Positions 27,496-37,708 of a stretch of 64,000 nucleotides of DNA are shown here, in pieces. Position 1 is the first letter of the stretch, and every line of letters begins with the position of its first letter. The stretch comes from Candidatus Binatia bacterium (GTDB taxonomy: Bacteria > Desulfobacterota > Binatia > HRBIN30), in assembly GCA_038245295.1 (NCBI GenBank), contig JBBRSP010000010.1, positions 128,001-192,000 on the forward strand. Direction: 5' to 3'. The translations under genes were made by a program, and so were the position numbers. Under the pieces are notes generated by a model. It saw only the letters and a program-made list of their open reading frames with translations. It was not told where the DNA came from and made no database searches.

Positions 27496-29067
27496 TCAGC
27501 GCCGTTTGCCCCATCCGCCCCCGCCGGGCGTCTCGATGCGGATGCGTTCTCCCGACTTCACATCGACACTGACCTTGCCGGGCAACATCTCCGCCCGCCC
27601 ACGGCGGATCAGACTATTCTTGCCGCGCTTCCCATCAGCACCACCGCGTAATCCGTAGGGCGCTAGAACGCGTCGCTCACTCAGCAACGTCACGCGTGCC
27701 GACGCCAAATACTCGACCTCGCGAATCACCCCGTCGCCGCCGCGATGCTCGCCGGCGCCACCGGAGCCGGCGCGGATGCCGTAGTGGGTGACTCGCACCG
27801 GTAGACTCGCCTCGAGCGCCTCGATCGGCGTGTTCAGGGTATTGGTCATGTGCGTGTGTACCGCGCTGGCGCCGTCGCCTAGTGGGCCCGCGCCGGCACC
27901 GCCGGCGATGGTTTCGTAGTACGCGAACTGTGTCGCGTCCCGATCGGCGCGTGTGCCACCGAACGAGAAGTTGTTCATCGTCCCCTGGCTCGCCGCCGGC
28001 ACACGTTGCGGCGCCGCTTTGGCTAAGGCGCACAGCAATACGTCGACGATACGCTGCGACGTTTCGACGTTGCCGCCCGCCACCGCGGCCGGGAACGCCG
28101 CGTTGACGATGCTGCGCGGTGGCACGGTGATCCGGATCGGCCGCATGACACCGGCGTTCGACGGGATCGGCACGCGACTGAGGATCTGGACCGTGTACAA
28201 CACACTCGCCACCGTCACCGCGTAGTTGGCGTTCACACCTCCCGGCACCTGCGGCGATGAGCCGGTGAAATCGACGTGTACTTCGCCGTTGCCGAGCTTC
28301 ACACGGACACGAATTGGAATGCGCCGCGCCGCGAAGCCATCGTCGTCGAGGTAGTCGACGGCTCGATAGGTCCCGGCGCGCAACTCACCGAGCGCCGCGC
28401 GCATCAAGCGCTCCGAGTAGTCCTTCAGACCGCGCATCGCTGCCTGCACGGGTTGGCGGCCGGTGCCATCCACCAACTCGACCATGCGTCGGGCGCCGAA
28501 ACGCAAGGCGGCGAGCTGGGCCAGGAGATCGCCGCGGCGCTCCTCCGTGACACGTGTGTTGGCGAGGAAGAGCTGCATGACGTCGCGTGCCACGACTCCG
28601 GCACGCACCAGATGAACCGGCGGCAGGCGCAGTCCTTCCTGGTAGATCTCGGTTGCCAGAGCCATCGAGCCGGGGCTGCCGCCGCCGATGTCGGCATGAT
28701 GGGCGCGGTTGGCGACGTAGGCGAACGGCCGCCGCCCGCCCGGGAGAAACACCGGCGCGACGACGGTAACGTCGGGCAGGTGGGTTCCGCCCGCGAACGG
28801 ATCGTTCAGCATCACCACATCGCCGGCGTCCATCGGCAACGCGTCGATCGCGGCGCGCACCGAGAGGGCCGTCGAGCCCAGATGCACGGGGATGTGCGCC
28901 GCCTGCGCCACGAGCTCGCCGCCGGCATCGAACAACGCACACGAGAAATCACGGCGCTCCTTGATGTTCGCCGAGAAGGCGCTGCGGCACAGGGCAACGC
29001 CCATCTCCTCGGCGATGGCCGCAAAGCGGTGGTTGAAGATCTGGAGATCGATCGGGTTGAGGGTCAT
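27496..29067 (-). CDS. hydantoinase B / 5-oxoprolinase family protein
   Basis: [34 protein letters not shown]. Confidence 0.93.
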   Translation of the reverse strand: MTLNPIDLQIFNHRFAAIAEEMGVALCRSAFSANIKERRDFSCALFDAGGELVAQAAHIPVHLGSTALSVRAAIDALPMDAGDVVMLNDPFAGGTHLPDVTVVAPVFLPGGRRPFAYVANRAHHADIGGGSPGSMALATEIYQEGLRLPPVHLVRAGVVARDVMQLFLANTRVTEERRGDLLAQLAALRFGARRMVELVDGTGRQPVQAAMRGLKDYSERLMRAALGELRAGTYRAVDYLDDDGFAARRIPIRVRVKLGNGEVHVDFTGSSPQVPGGVNANYAVTVASVLYTVQILSRVPIPSNAGVMRPIRITVPPRSIVNAAFPAAVAGGNVETSQRIVDVLLCALAKAAPQRVPAASQGTMNNFSFGGTRADRDATQFAYYETIAGGAGAGPLGDGASAVHTHMTNTLNTPIEALEASLPVRVTHYGIRAGSGGAGEHRGGDGVIREVEYLASARVTLLSERRVLAPYGLRGGADGKRGKNSLIRRGRAEMLPGKVSVDVKSGERIRIETPGGGGWGKRR

Positions 29068-29119
29068 GTTAGAGCCTTCGTCCTGGCGAAGGAGTTTTGT
29101 TGGCAAGCTGACAAACCGG

Positions 29120-29195
29120 CTTCGACGGGCTCAGCCTGAGCGGTTGATGGGTTGAGATCATGAATCATTCTCCGCTCACCCTGAGCGCGTCGAAG
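29120..29195. repeat. REP-like inverted repeat (CTTCGAC..GCTCAG..TGAGCGG family)
   Basis: 29120-29143 complements 29172-29195; overlaps the last codons of hydantoinase A. Confidence 0.6.
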
Positions 29196-31273
29196 GGTGA
29201 CTGCGTCGCCGGATGGCGCAATACCAGATGCCCTTCCTCGCCGAGCGTCAGCCGCCAGCCCGGCGGGACAAACGTCGTGGCGCTGAATTCGGTGACCAGC
29301 AACGGACCACGCTGGTGCTTGCCCGGTACGAGTGAGTCGCGCCGGATCACCTGGGTTGGCCACCAGCGATTGTGCCAGCGCACGCGGCCGTGTGTGGGCG
29401 CTGATTTGATCGCGACGAGCGCGGTGGCGCGACCAGACACGGGTCGCGGCACGGCGGCGCTCAGACGCAGGCTGACGACCTCGATATCGCGTTGGCGATC
29501 GGCGTAGCCGTAGCGGCGTTCATGCAAGCTATGAAAGTCGCGCAGCGGATTGGCTCGCAGGGGAATGGCAAGCTCGTGGGCCTGGCCGATGTAGCGCATG
29601 TCGAGGCTGACGCGAATGTGCACTTTCGCCCGTGTTCCCGTCTGCTCGCGCATGTCGCGGCGGGCGCGCCGGATCAGTGGCGCCGCGGCAGCGCGTAGGC
29701 GTGCCGTTGTTGGGTTGATCCATCTCAGCGTGCGCACGTAGTCGCGCTGGATGTCGGCGCTGGCGGCACCGAGAGCCGATAGGACACCGGGATGGCGCGG
29801 GATTACCACCGTGGTCATGCCGAGTAGCTCGGCCAGATCACAAGCGTGCTGGCCGCCGGCACCGCCGAAGGCGATCAGCGCGTGTTCGCGTGGATCGACG
29901 CCGCGCTCGACCGACACCTGACGCAGGGCGCGCTCCATGCCGGCATTGACGACACGCACGATACCCTCCGCCGTGGCTTCGACACCTAGACCAATTTGCC
30001 GTGCGAGTGCGGCGATCGCTTTTCGAGAGCGGTCGACGTGTAACTTCATACGACCGCCGAGGAAGTTGTCGGCGGCGAGGCGCTGGAGAACAGCATTGGC
30101 ATCGGTCACCGTGGCGCGTGTGCCGCGGCCGTAACAGGCCGGCCCCGGATCGGCGCCGGCGCTTTCGGGTCCGACCTTCAAAGCGCCGCCGGCGTCGACG
30201 TAGGCTAGTGAACCACCGCCGGCGCCGACCGTATGAATATCGAGCGCCGGTACCTTGACCGGATGGCCGCCGATTTCCCACTGGTGGCGTAGAGGCATGT
30301 CGCCGGACAACAGGCTGACATCGGATGACGTGCCGCCCATATCGAAGGTGATGACGCGATCCAGGCCGAGCGCCTGCGCCACATGCCAGGCGCCGCGCAC
30401 GCCGCCGGCGGGGCCGGAGAGGCAGGTGCGCACCGCCTCGTGCGCCGCCAGGGCCGGTGTGATGGCGCCGCCATTCGATTGCAGGACAAACCAGCGGCGT
30501 TTGCCGAGACCCACGGCGAGGCGCTCCAAGTGACGGCTCATGACCGGACCGATGTAGGCATTGATCACCGTCGTGCTGCCGCGTTCGAACTCGCGATATT
30601 CGGCGACCAGCTCACTCGAGACACTGACGAAGATGTCGTGGCGGCGCAGCGCGGCGGCGAGCTGCTGTTCGTGTGCTGGATTGGCGTAGGAGTGCAGGAG
30701 GCAGATCGCTACGGCGTCGGCATTACGCCGGGCGAGCTTGGTGACTCGTTGTACTTCTGAAGCGGATAACCTCTGCAGCGCCGAACCGTCGAAGAGCATG
30801 CGCTCGCGGACACCGATGCGTTGGCGCCGCGCCACGAGCGGTTCGGCACGTTGCGGCTCGAGGGCGTAGAGATCCGGCCGGTTCTGGCGGCTGATCTCGA
30901 TGATGTCTTCAAAGCCGGCGGTCGTCAGCAGCGCGACGCGGGCGCCTTTGTGTTCGAGCAACGCGTTGGTGGCGACCGTCGAGCTGTAGGTCAGGGTGAA
31001 GTTGGGGGTCGGGCGGGGCATTCCGTCGTCGAACGTTGCCAGGAGCTGGTCCAGTCCCTCGAGAACGGCTCGCGACGGGTCGTCTGGTGTGGAGAGGACT
31101 TTGTGGAGATGGACGGCGCCGCGGTGCAGCGCGATCAGGTCGGTGAAGGTGCCGCCGGTGTCGATTCCGACCAACAGCGGAATGCCTCCCACCTTAGCCT
31201 CAGCCTGAGCCGTTGCCTTTGCCTTGTCAGACGTAGGCTTGGGCATTGGCTCGGGCTTAGTACTCCGGTTCAT
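29165..31273 (-). CDS. hydantoinase A / 5-oxoprolinase family protein
   Basis: GIDTGGTFTD, LSGPAGG, DMGGTSSDV, GAGGGS, GADPGPACYG; start uncertain. Confidence 0.93.
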   Translation of the reverse strand: MNRSTKPEPMPKPTSDKAKATAQAEAKVGGIPLLVGIDTGGTFTDLIALHRGAVHLHKVLSTPDDPSRAVLEGLDQLLATFDDGMPRPTPNFTLTYSSTVATNALLEHKGARVALLTTAGFEDIIEISRQNRPDLYALEPQRAEPLVARRQRIGVRERMLFDGSALQRLSASEVQRVTKLARRNADAVAICLLHSYANPAHEQQLAAALRRHDIFVSVSSELVAEYREFERGSTTVINAYIGPVMSRHLERLAVGLGKRRWFVLQSNGGAITPALAAHEAVRTCLSGPAGGVRGAWHVAQALGLDRVITFDMGGTSSDVSLLSGDMPLRHQWEIGGHPVKVPALDIHTVGAGGGSLAYVDAGGALKVGPESAGADPGPACYGRGTRATVTDANAVLQRLAADNFLGGRMKLHVDRSRKAIAALARQIGLGVEATAEGIVRVVNAGMERALRQVSVERGVDPREHALIAFGGAGGQHACDLAELLGMTTVVIPRHPGVLSALGAASADIQRDYVRTLRWINPTTARLRAAAAPLIRRARRDMREQTGTRAKVHIRVSLDMRYIGQAHELAIPLRANPLRDFHSLHERRYGYADRQRDIEVVSLRLSAAVPRPVSGRATALVAIKSAPTHGRVRWHNRWWPTQVIRRDSLVPGKHQRGPLLVTEFSATTFVPPGWRLTLGEEGHLVLRHPATQSPFDALRVSGE

Positions 31274-31322
31274 TAGTTCGGCGACGCATTTCGCGGCTGT
31301 TCGGAAGCATCGGGCTCACGCG

Positions 31323-31400
31323 CCGCAGGCTGAAGCCTGCGCCTACCAGACTGAGTACGCACCCTAAAGCGGATCGGTAGGCGCAGGCTTTAGACTGCGG
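31323..31400. repeat. GTAG-type REP doublet (CCGCAGGCTGAAGCCTGCGCCTACC)
   Basis: Inverted pair; near-identical copies at 39159, 41911-42096, 53883 and 62915. Confidence 0.85.
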
Positions 31401-31447
31401 AGGGCGGTTGCGGATACGTCACCGCATTTGTGCCGAACAGTACTTAG

Positions 31448-31795
31448 TTACGCCGCGGCGGCCGGTTTGCTCGGCTTCGCCTCGGATTTGCTTTCGGATT
31501 TGCTTTCGGACTTGCTCTCGCTTTTGGACTCCGACTTCGATTCCGACTTCGACTCGGACTTGGATTCACCGCTCGACTCGCTCTTCGAGTCGCCGTCTTT
31601 CTTGGAGCCGCCGGAGCCGGAGCGGCCGTAGTCGGTAATGTACCAGCCACTGCCCTTCAGTTGGAAAGACGTGTTGGAGATAAGCTTGGTGACCTTGCGC
31701 TTGCAGGTCGGGCACTTCTTCAGAGGTGGGTCGGTGATGCGTTGGGTGGTTTCGAACTCACCGCACTTGTCACAACGATATTCGTAAATTGGCAC
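31448..31795 (-). CDS. FmdB-family zinc-ribbon protein with an (SESK)n tail
   Basis: [11 protein letters not shown]...CPTC...[16 protein letters not shown] start with RBS GGAGG. Confidence 0.9.
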   Translation of the reverse strand: MPIYEYRCDKCGEFETTQRITDPPLKKCPTCKRKVTKLISNTSFQLKGSGWYITDYGRSGSGGSKKDGDSKSESSGESKSESKSESKSESKSESKSESKSESKSEAKPSKPAAAA

Positions 31796-31916
31796 TGGTT
31801 AACCTCCGAACGATGGCCTGTGGGAGGGATTAACCACAGGCCATGGGTGTGTCAACGCGAATGGGCGGCGGTTTGGTGCAGCACGCCGCAAGCTAAAGCT
31901 AAGCTAAAGCTTGCGC

Positions 31917-32198
31917 CTACCGATCCACCGAGCAGTGCACCGCCAGAACGGCCTCGGCGGCGGCGACATCGGGCACGTCGATCTCGACGAGTTTGTTGCG
32001 GTTGCTGAGGCCGTGCAGGATGCGCACGTCGGCGCGGCGCACTTCGAAAACGTGGGCCAGCAACTCGATGACGGCTTCATTGGCGGCGCCGTCGCGTGGC
32101 GGGGCTTTCACCTGGACCTTGATGGCGTCGCCGTGGCGGCCGGTGATGCGACTCAGCGACGCTCCGGGTTGGACTCGCAAGCGCAGCCGCAACGGCAT
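31917..32198 (-). CDS. yggU: DUF167 family protein
   Basis: VQPGA...VKAPPRDGAANEAV; follows yggT. Confidence 0.88.
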   Translation of the reverse strand: MPLRLRLRVQPGASLSRITGRHGDAIKVQVKAPPRDGAANEAVIELLAHVFEVRRADVRILHGLSNRNKLVEIDVPDVAAAEAVLAVHCSVDR

Positions 32199-32204
32199 GG
32201 ACGG

Positions 32205-32507
32205 CTACCAGTGCAGTGTGACGGCAATGTCGCGCAGACTGCCGACGAGGAAGATCTGCAGGAAGTAGATAATCAGCAGGACTACCAGCGGCGACAGGTC
32301 GAGCCCGCCATAGATCACCGGCAGAGAGCGTCGAATGCGATAGAGCAGCGGCTCGGTAGCATTGTTCAGAAAGCGCACGAGCGGACTGCGCGGGTCCGGG
32401 TTCACCCACGACAACAGAGCGCGGATGATCATCAGCCACATATAAAGGTTGAGGAGGATATCGAGGACTCGGGCGAGGCCGAGAATGAAGTTGGCGATGA
32501 CGAACAT
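32205..32507 (-). CDS. yggT: YggT family membrane protein
   Basis: IIRALLSWVNPDP...TEPLL...LDLSPL. Confidence 0.92.
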   Translation of the reverse strand: MFVIANFILGLARVLDILLNLYMWLMIIRALLSWVNPDPRSPLVRFLNNATEPLLYRIRRSLPVIYGGLDLSPLVVLLIIYFLQIFLVGSLRDIAVTLHW

Positions 32508-32711
32508 TCGGTTGCAGGCGAGTCTAGCGGGCTGGGATTGGGGCAACAAGGAAGGGGCGGATGGTGACCGAGGCGGGAAGTTGGTCGAGAGTCGAGGCCG
32601 CCCGACCGGTCCGAGCCTAGCAGCGTTACACCCTTCTAATAGAATCTCGTCCACTGGGACCCTCACCTTGACGGGTCCGGGGGCAGCAACTAATTGCGGC
32701 CCAAGGGCTGA

Positions 32712-33815
32712 ATGACGACACCTGACAAGCAACTTCCCTCTGCTGCGGCTCCGGTTGACGGTGCGGCGCCAGACTCGCACGGCGCCTGGGCCAAATGGGC
32801 GATGATGCTTGGCTTCGTTGCGTTGGTCGGGCTGTTTGCCCTCTCCGACGGGCGCAAGTTGTGGGACGCGGCGCAGGCAATCGACGCCAAGCTACTGCTC
32901 TTACCCTTGGGCCTGGCCGTCGGCAGTTACATGGTGATGGCCCTGTCCTACCAAGGGATCGCGCGCGCCTCGGGTACCGAAGTGCCGTTCGGCACCATGC
33001 TGCGCATCACCTTCGTGTCCAATACGATCAACTACATCGTCTCCACCGGCGGCATCAGCGGCCTGGCGGTGCGCATCTACTTCTTTGTGCGTCTCGGCAT
33101 GCCGTCGGGCACGGCGGTGATCGTCGCCCTGGTGCAGACCTTCATCACCAACTCGGTATTGCTGATCTTTGTCGCCATCGGTTTTGGCATCCTGGTGCAG
33201 AATCACGAGTTGCACGGCCCGACGTTGTGGATGACGACCACGTTGCTTGGGATCTTCGTCGTCGCGGCGGTGTTGCCGCTACTCCTGCTCATTCATCGTC
33301 AGGTACGCCGCCGCACCTTGTTCTGGATCGCTGAGGCGACCAACAGTGTGATGCACCGTGTGGCGCCGAAGCGTAAGCCGGCGCGTGTGCGCATCTGGCG
33401 CTTCCAGCGTAATCTGAATCGCGGCATCGAGTTCGTCCTGTCGCAGAAGCGGCAGATGCTCGTTCCGACGCTGTGGATCTTCGTCGATTGGATCGTCACC
33501 TTGTTGATCCTGTACACGGCCTTTATCGCCGTCGGTTACCCGGTGCCGGTTAGTTTCGTGATTGTCGGCTTCGCGGTGGGGATCATCCTGTCGCTCATCT
33601 CATTCGTGCCGGCGGGGCTCGGCGTCATGGAGGGGTCGATGGCGGCGGTCTTCCGCAGCCTCGGCGTGCCGTTCGAGACGGCGGTGGTGGCGGCGCTGGT
33701 GTTTCGGTTCTCCTATTACATCATGCCTTTGATCGTCAGCGTGTTCTTCTTCCGCGGGATGCTGCAGCAGAGCCGCGAAGCGACGGCCGCGCCGGTGCCG
33801 GATCAGAGTGTTTGA
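32712..33815 (+). CDS. lysylphosphatidylglycerol-synthase TM / flippase-like (UPF0104) membrane protein
   Basis: Multiple TM helices; PAGLGVMEG and VFRFSYY motifs. Confidence 0.85.
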   Translation: MTTPDKQLPSAAAPVDGAAPDSHGAWAKWAMMLGFVALVGLFALSDGRKLWDAAQAIDAKLLLLPLGLAVGSYMVMALSYQGIARASGTEVPFGTMLRITFVSNTINYIVSTGGISGLAVRIYFFVRLGMPSGTAVIVALVQTFITNSVLLIFVAIGFGILVQNHELHGPTLWMTTTLLGIFVVAAVLPLLLLIHRQVRRRTLFWIAEATNSVMHRVAPKRKPARVRIWRFQRNLNRGIEFVLSQKRQMLVPTLWIFVDWIVTLLILYTAFIAVGYPVPVSFVIVGFAVGIILSLISFVPAGLGVMEGSMAAVFRSLGVPFETAVVAALVFRFSYYIMPLIVSVFFFRGMLQQSREATAAPVPDQSV

Positions 33816-33968
33816 TTCGGCCGTCGGCCGGCCCCATCAACCCTCAGCACAGGCTTCAGCCTGCGCTGAGGGCGCTTCGCAGGAAAATTCTCCTTCCATC
33901 CGAGCTTTCGGTTGACAGCGCGCGTCGCATAACACACACTGCGCGCCTGGCTTTGGTGGGAGGGGTAT

Positions 33969-35132
33969 GTGAAGAAAAGTCCCCGGTTGAGAGTGTCGTA
34001 CGCCATTTTGGCCCTTGGATTTCTGGCGACCACAGCTGTGGCTACGCCGATTCGTTCGAATCGGCCGCCGCAAATCACCGCCCGGTCATTGATTTTAATC
34101 GACAATTCAACTGGACAGGAGCTTCTATCCCAGAATCCTGACCAGCCCTTGCCGCCGGCCAGCACGACCAAGGTGCTCACGGCGCTGATCGCCCTCGAGA
34201 GCGGCCGTCTCGATGAATCGATGTATGTCTCGGAACAGGCCGCCGAAACGCCTCCTTCGAAGATCGGTGTCAGGGCCGGCTGGAAGGTGCGGCTCTACGA
34301 TCTCGTCTATGCCCTCATGCTCAACTCGGCCAACGACGCCAGCGTCGTCATCGCCGAAGGTCTGGCCGGTTCGGTGCCCAACTTCGCGGCTCGCATGAAC
34401 ATCAAGGCGCACTCGCTCGGGGCGCGCAATTCGCATTTCAACAATCCCAACGGCTTGCCCGACGACGAGCACTATTCGACGGCGCGCGATCTGGCGACGA
34501 TCTTCGGACACGCGATGCGCGACCCGCTGTTCCGCCGCGCCGTCAGCACCAAGGTTGGTGAGATCACGCCGACCGCCGGTTCGGTGCGCCGCATCAAGTT
34601 GCATACGCACAATCGCCTGCTCGACGAGGGGCCGATTCAAGTGGTTGGTAAGACCGGTTGGACCCGTGCCGCCAAGAAGTGCTTCGTCGGTACGGCCAGC
34701 CAGGGCGGACGCGAATTCACGTTTTCAATCATGGGATCGCGCGATCTGTGGGGCGACATCCGCCGCCTGCTCGATTACGCCTTCGAGGGCGGCATGCGGC
34801 CGGAGCCGGGGCCGCAGGAACTGCTCGTGGCTTCCGCGTCGAAATCGATCTCGCGTGGCGGCGGCGATCGCAGTCGGCCTGAACCAGTCGCGGACGCCGG
34901 TCGCTACTCGATCAAAGTCGGCGCTTTCCGCAGCATGAAGGACGCCACGGCCGTAAGCCATGCCGTGGCTCGCCACGGCTACAGCGCCCGTATCGAAAAG
35001 GTCAAACACAAGCGCGGCGAGATCTACCGCGTCGCCGTAGGATCCTACGATGATCGGCGCGAAGCGCAGCGTGCTGCCAAGACGATTCAGCGCACGCAGC
35101 GCGTGCCAGCCCTTGTCGTAGCGCACCGCTAA
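33969..35132 (+). CDS. D-alanyl-D-alanine carboxypeptidase (S11) with a C-terminal SPOR domain
   Basis: PASTTK, SAND and KTG motifs; YSIKVGAF...YRVAVGSY SPOR pattern. Confidence 0.9.
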   Translation: MKKSPRLRVSYAILALGFLATTAVATPIRSNRPPQITARSLILIDNSTGQELLSQNPDQPLPPASTTKVLTALIALESGRLDESMYVSEQAAETPPSKIGVRAGWKVRLYDLVYALMLNSANDASVVIAEGLAGSVPNFAARMNIKAHSLGARNSHFNNPNGLPDDEHYSTARDLATIFGHAMRDPLFRRAVSTKVGEITPTAGSVRRIKLHTHNRLLDEGPIQVVGKTGWTRAAKKCFVGTASQGGREFTFSIMGSRDLWGDIRRLLDYAFEGGMRPEPGPQELLVASASKSISRGGGDRSRPEPVADAGRYSIKVGAFRSMKDATAVSHAVARHGYSARIEKVKHKRGEIYRVAVGSYDDRREAQRAAKTIQRTQRVPALVVAHR

Positions 35133-35143
35133 GAACCGCGACG

Positions 35144-35635
35144 ATGGCGATTCGCGACGCCACGGAAGCTGACCTCAGCGCCATCGTCGCCATCTACAAC
35201 AGCTCGATTCCAGGACGCCTGGCGACCGCCGACACCGAACCGGTGAATGTCGAGTCGCGTCGAGCCTGGCTGCATGAGCATTCGCCGACAACCTATCCCT
35301 TGTGGGTCGCCACGGCCGACGAGCAAATCGTTGGCTGGTTGAGCTTCCAGGCCTTTTACGGGCGACCGGCGTATCGCGCCACGGCCGAGTTGAGCATCTA
35401 TGTCGAACCCGCCCGGCAGCATGCCGGTATCGGTCGAGCCCTACTCGATGCCGCCATCGTCCGAGCTCCGCAGCTGCACATCAAGACCCTGCTGGCCTTC
35501 ATCTTTGGGCACAATGAACCGAGTCTGCGACTCTTCGGTAGTCGCGGGTTCGAGCGCTGGGCGCATCTGCCGCGGGTGGCCGAGTTGGATGCGGTGGAGC
35601 GTGATCTGGTGATTCTGGGGCGACGGTTGGGGTGA
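35144..35635 (+). CDS. GNAT N-acetyltransferase (phosphinothricin/YncA-like)
   Basis: AIYN..I..RLATAD, RPAYRATAELSIYV, GIGRALL. Confidence 0.9.
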   Translation: MAIRDATEADLSAIVAIYNSSIPGRLATADTEPVNVESRRAWLHEHSPTTYPLWVATADEQIVGWLSFQAFYGRPAYRATAELSIYVEPARQHAGIGRALLDAAIVRAPQLHIKTLLAFIFGHNEPSLRLFGSRGFERWAHLPRVAELDAVERDLVILGRRLG

Positions 35636-35659
35636 CACCACGGCGCTGATTGACGCAAG

Positions 35660-35687
35660 GTAGGGGCGGCTCGCGAGCCGCCCCTAC
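35660..35687. repeat. perfect 28-bp palindrome (GTAGGGGCGG REP family), possible bidirectional terminator
   Basis: GTAGGGGCGGCTCGCGAGCCGCCCCTAC between convergent genes; relatives at 49071 and 49661. Confidence 0.75.
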
Positions 35688-37684
35688 GCGGTCGGGAACA
35701 CTAGCACGCGACTGGTTCGCGGCGGCACCTCGCCGAAGTTGGCGACGCCGTCGGCGATCGGCACGCTGCCGCCCGACCACAGGTCGTTGGCATACGGCGC
35801 GCCGCCGGTGTTGATGCCATACTTGGCCAGGTCGAGGGTCAAGCGCAGCGAATGATCATTTGCATTGATCGCTGCGACGACCGTTTGCTCTTTGCCGCGC
35901 GATACCAACAGGGCCGGCACGTCACGCTCGAGAATATCGACCAGGCGCGGCGTGCCGCCTACCAGCTTGAGTGCCTGCGCCAGCAAGGCCTGACTTTGCG
36001 GCGACAGCTTCTCCAGCCGATCACTCAAGACGAGCAAGCCATCGGTGACGGCGATGGTTGTTGCCAGGGTCTGGATCTCGGGAATCGTCAGGTCGGTGTC
36101 GCTGTCGCGCACCATCAAACAGTCCGGATCGTTGAGCCACCAGCGCCGGTGCACGAAGGCGCGCGTCAGCGTGTTGCGAATGGCGTGTTTGGTGGCGACT
36201 CCATGCTGGTCGCGCTGTATGCTGCGGCTCAACACTCCACTCCAAAATGGCGCGACATCCGGGCCGATGCGCATCGCGTCGACGACACCGACGGCCGGCG
36301 TCAACGGGCAGCCGCAGCCGATGAGGAACGCGTCGTCGCCAGCGCCCTCGCGGATGGCGTCGAGGCCGCGTCGTAATGCCTCGGCGCGCGACGCCTGGCG
36401 ATCGTGGCGTACGCCCGGCAAGGCAGCGGCGTAGAGGAAGTCGAGCTTGAGGACATTGTAGCCCCACTCGTGCACGATCGTACGGAACGTCGAGCGCAGC
36501 CAATCGAGCACCTTCGGGTGCGTCGTATCGAGGGCGTAGCAACCGCCGAAACCCCACATCGGGTTCCACAACGCGAAGCACGGCGTGCCGCGGTCGTTCT
36601 TGACGAACCAGTCGGGATGCTGCTCCAGCAGATCGGAGCCGGCGCGGGCAATGAACGGGGCCGTCCAGATGCCGGCTTCGAAGCCGGCGCCACGGATTCG
36701 TTCCGACAGCCAGGCCATGCCGTGCGGGAACTTGGAGTTGGGCGTCAGCCAATCACCGATCGCCGATTGGTAGCCGTCGTCGACCTGCACATAGTCGCAG
36801 GCGAACCGGTCGCGCATCGCCGCCAAAGCTTGGACGTTCTCGAGAATCTTCGCCTCGTCGATGTTGGTGAAGTAGTAGTACCACGAGCACCAACCGGTGG
36901 GGTTGCGGTCGCCGATGCGTGCTTGCATCGTCTCGCCCGACACGCGGGCATAGTCATCGAGTAAGGCGCTTGGATCATCACCCGCAGCGATCCAAAGAGG
37001 TTGCGTCGTTAGCGACGCGCCCGGCGCCAACAAGCGATCATCCCAGTCGATCGTCGCGGCCCACAGGCCACACTGACGTGGCCCGAGCGACACCTCGACG
37101 CCGGCGAAACTCTCCTTGCCGGAGAGGAACCCGGCAACCAACGCCTCGCCGCTCACCAGGTTGCCCATGGCAATGACGGTATCGGAGCGGAAGCGTCCGG
37201 GCTGACCAGCCGACGGGCGGCGCAAATCGATCAAGCTCACCTGCAGCAAGTGGCTCCACGGGTCGAGGTCGGTTTCCGTCGGGCGAAAGCTGCGCGCGCC
37301 GGTCCACGATTGATAACCCTGGCGGAATACGCCCCACTCCGAAACGTCCTTGCCGAGCCGCAGGTCGCCGGAGGCGCGCAGGGCGAGCGGCGAGACTTCG
37401 CGTAGCCGCAAGGCTTCCGAGGAACGATTGGTTACGGTTAGCTGGGCAACCAACGCGTTGCCGCGCGGTTCGATTTTCAGCGTCGCCGTGAGCGGCGAAT
37501 CCGCGTCGTTGCTTTCGAAGCCGTCGCCGGCCGGTCGAAGATGCGGTCGCCAGCGCCGCGGGTCGTCGCCACGCAGGATGACGACCTCCGGTTGCAGGCC
37601 TTCGATGAGAATGTTGGCGGCGCCCTGGCAATCGAGGTGCAGGCGGCCGGCGCGCAGAGTGTGGATCAGGCGAGGATTCTTCAT
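35684..37684 (-). CDS. alpha-galactosidase (GH36)
   Basis: GWCSWY, QVDDGYQ, LKLDF, MRIGPD, NDPDC. Confidence 0.92.
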   Translation of the reverse strand: MKNPRLIHTLRAGRLHLDCQGAANILIEGLQPEVVILRGDDPRRWRPHLRPAGDGFESNDADSPLTATLKIEPRGNALVAQLTVTNRSSEALRLREVSPLALRASGDLRLGKDVSEWGVFRQGYQSWTGARSFRPTETDLDPWSHLLQVSLIDLRRPSAGQPGRFRSDTVIAMGNLVSGEALVAGFLSGKESFAGVEVSLGPRQCGLWAATIDWDDRLLAPGASLTTQPLWIAAGDDPSALLDDYARVSGETMQARIGDRNPTGWCSWYYYFTNIDEAKILENVQALAAMRDRFACDYVQVDDGYQSAIGDWLTPNSKFPHGMAWLSERIRGAGFEAGIWTAPFIARAGSDLLEQHPDWFVKNDRGTPCFALWNPMWGFGGCYALDTTHPKVLDWLRSTFRTIVHEWGYNVLKLDFLYAAALPGVRHDRQASRAEALRRGLDAIREGAGDDAFLIGCGCPLTPAVGVVDAMRIGPDVAPFWSGVLSRSIQRDQHGVATKHAIRNTLTRAFVHRRWWLNDPDCLMVRDSDTDLTIPEIQTLATTIAVTDGLLVLSDRLEKLSPQSQALLAQALKLVGGTPRLVDILERDVPALLVSRGKEQTVVAAINANDHSLRLTLDLAKYGINTGGAPYANDLWSGGSVPIADGVANFGEVPPRTSRVLVFPTA

Positions 37685-37708
37685 AGAGTTTGTGAAGCAG
37701 TGTCTTTC

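Noticed and set aside
31484..31590. 12-bp tandem repeat as a DNA element
   Set aside because: In-frame (SESK)n low-complexity tail with synonymous variation, common in FmdB proteins
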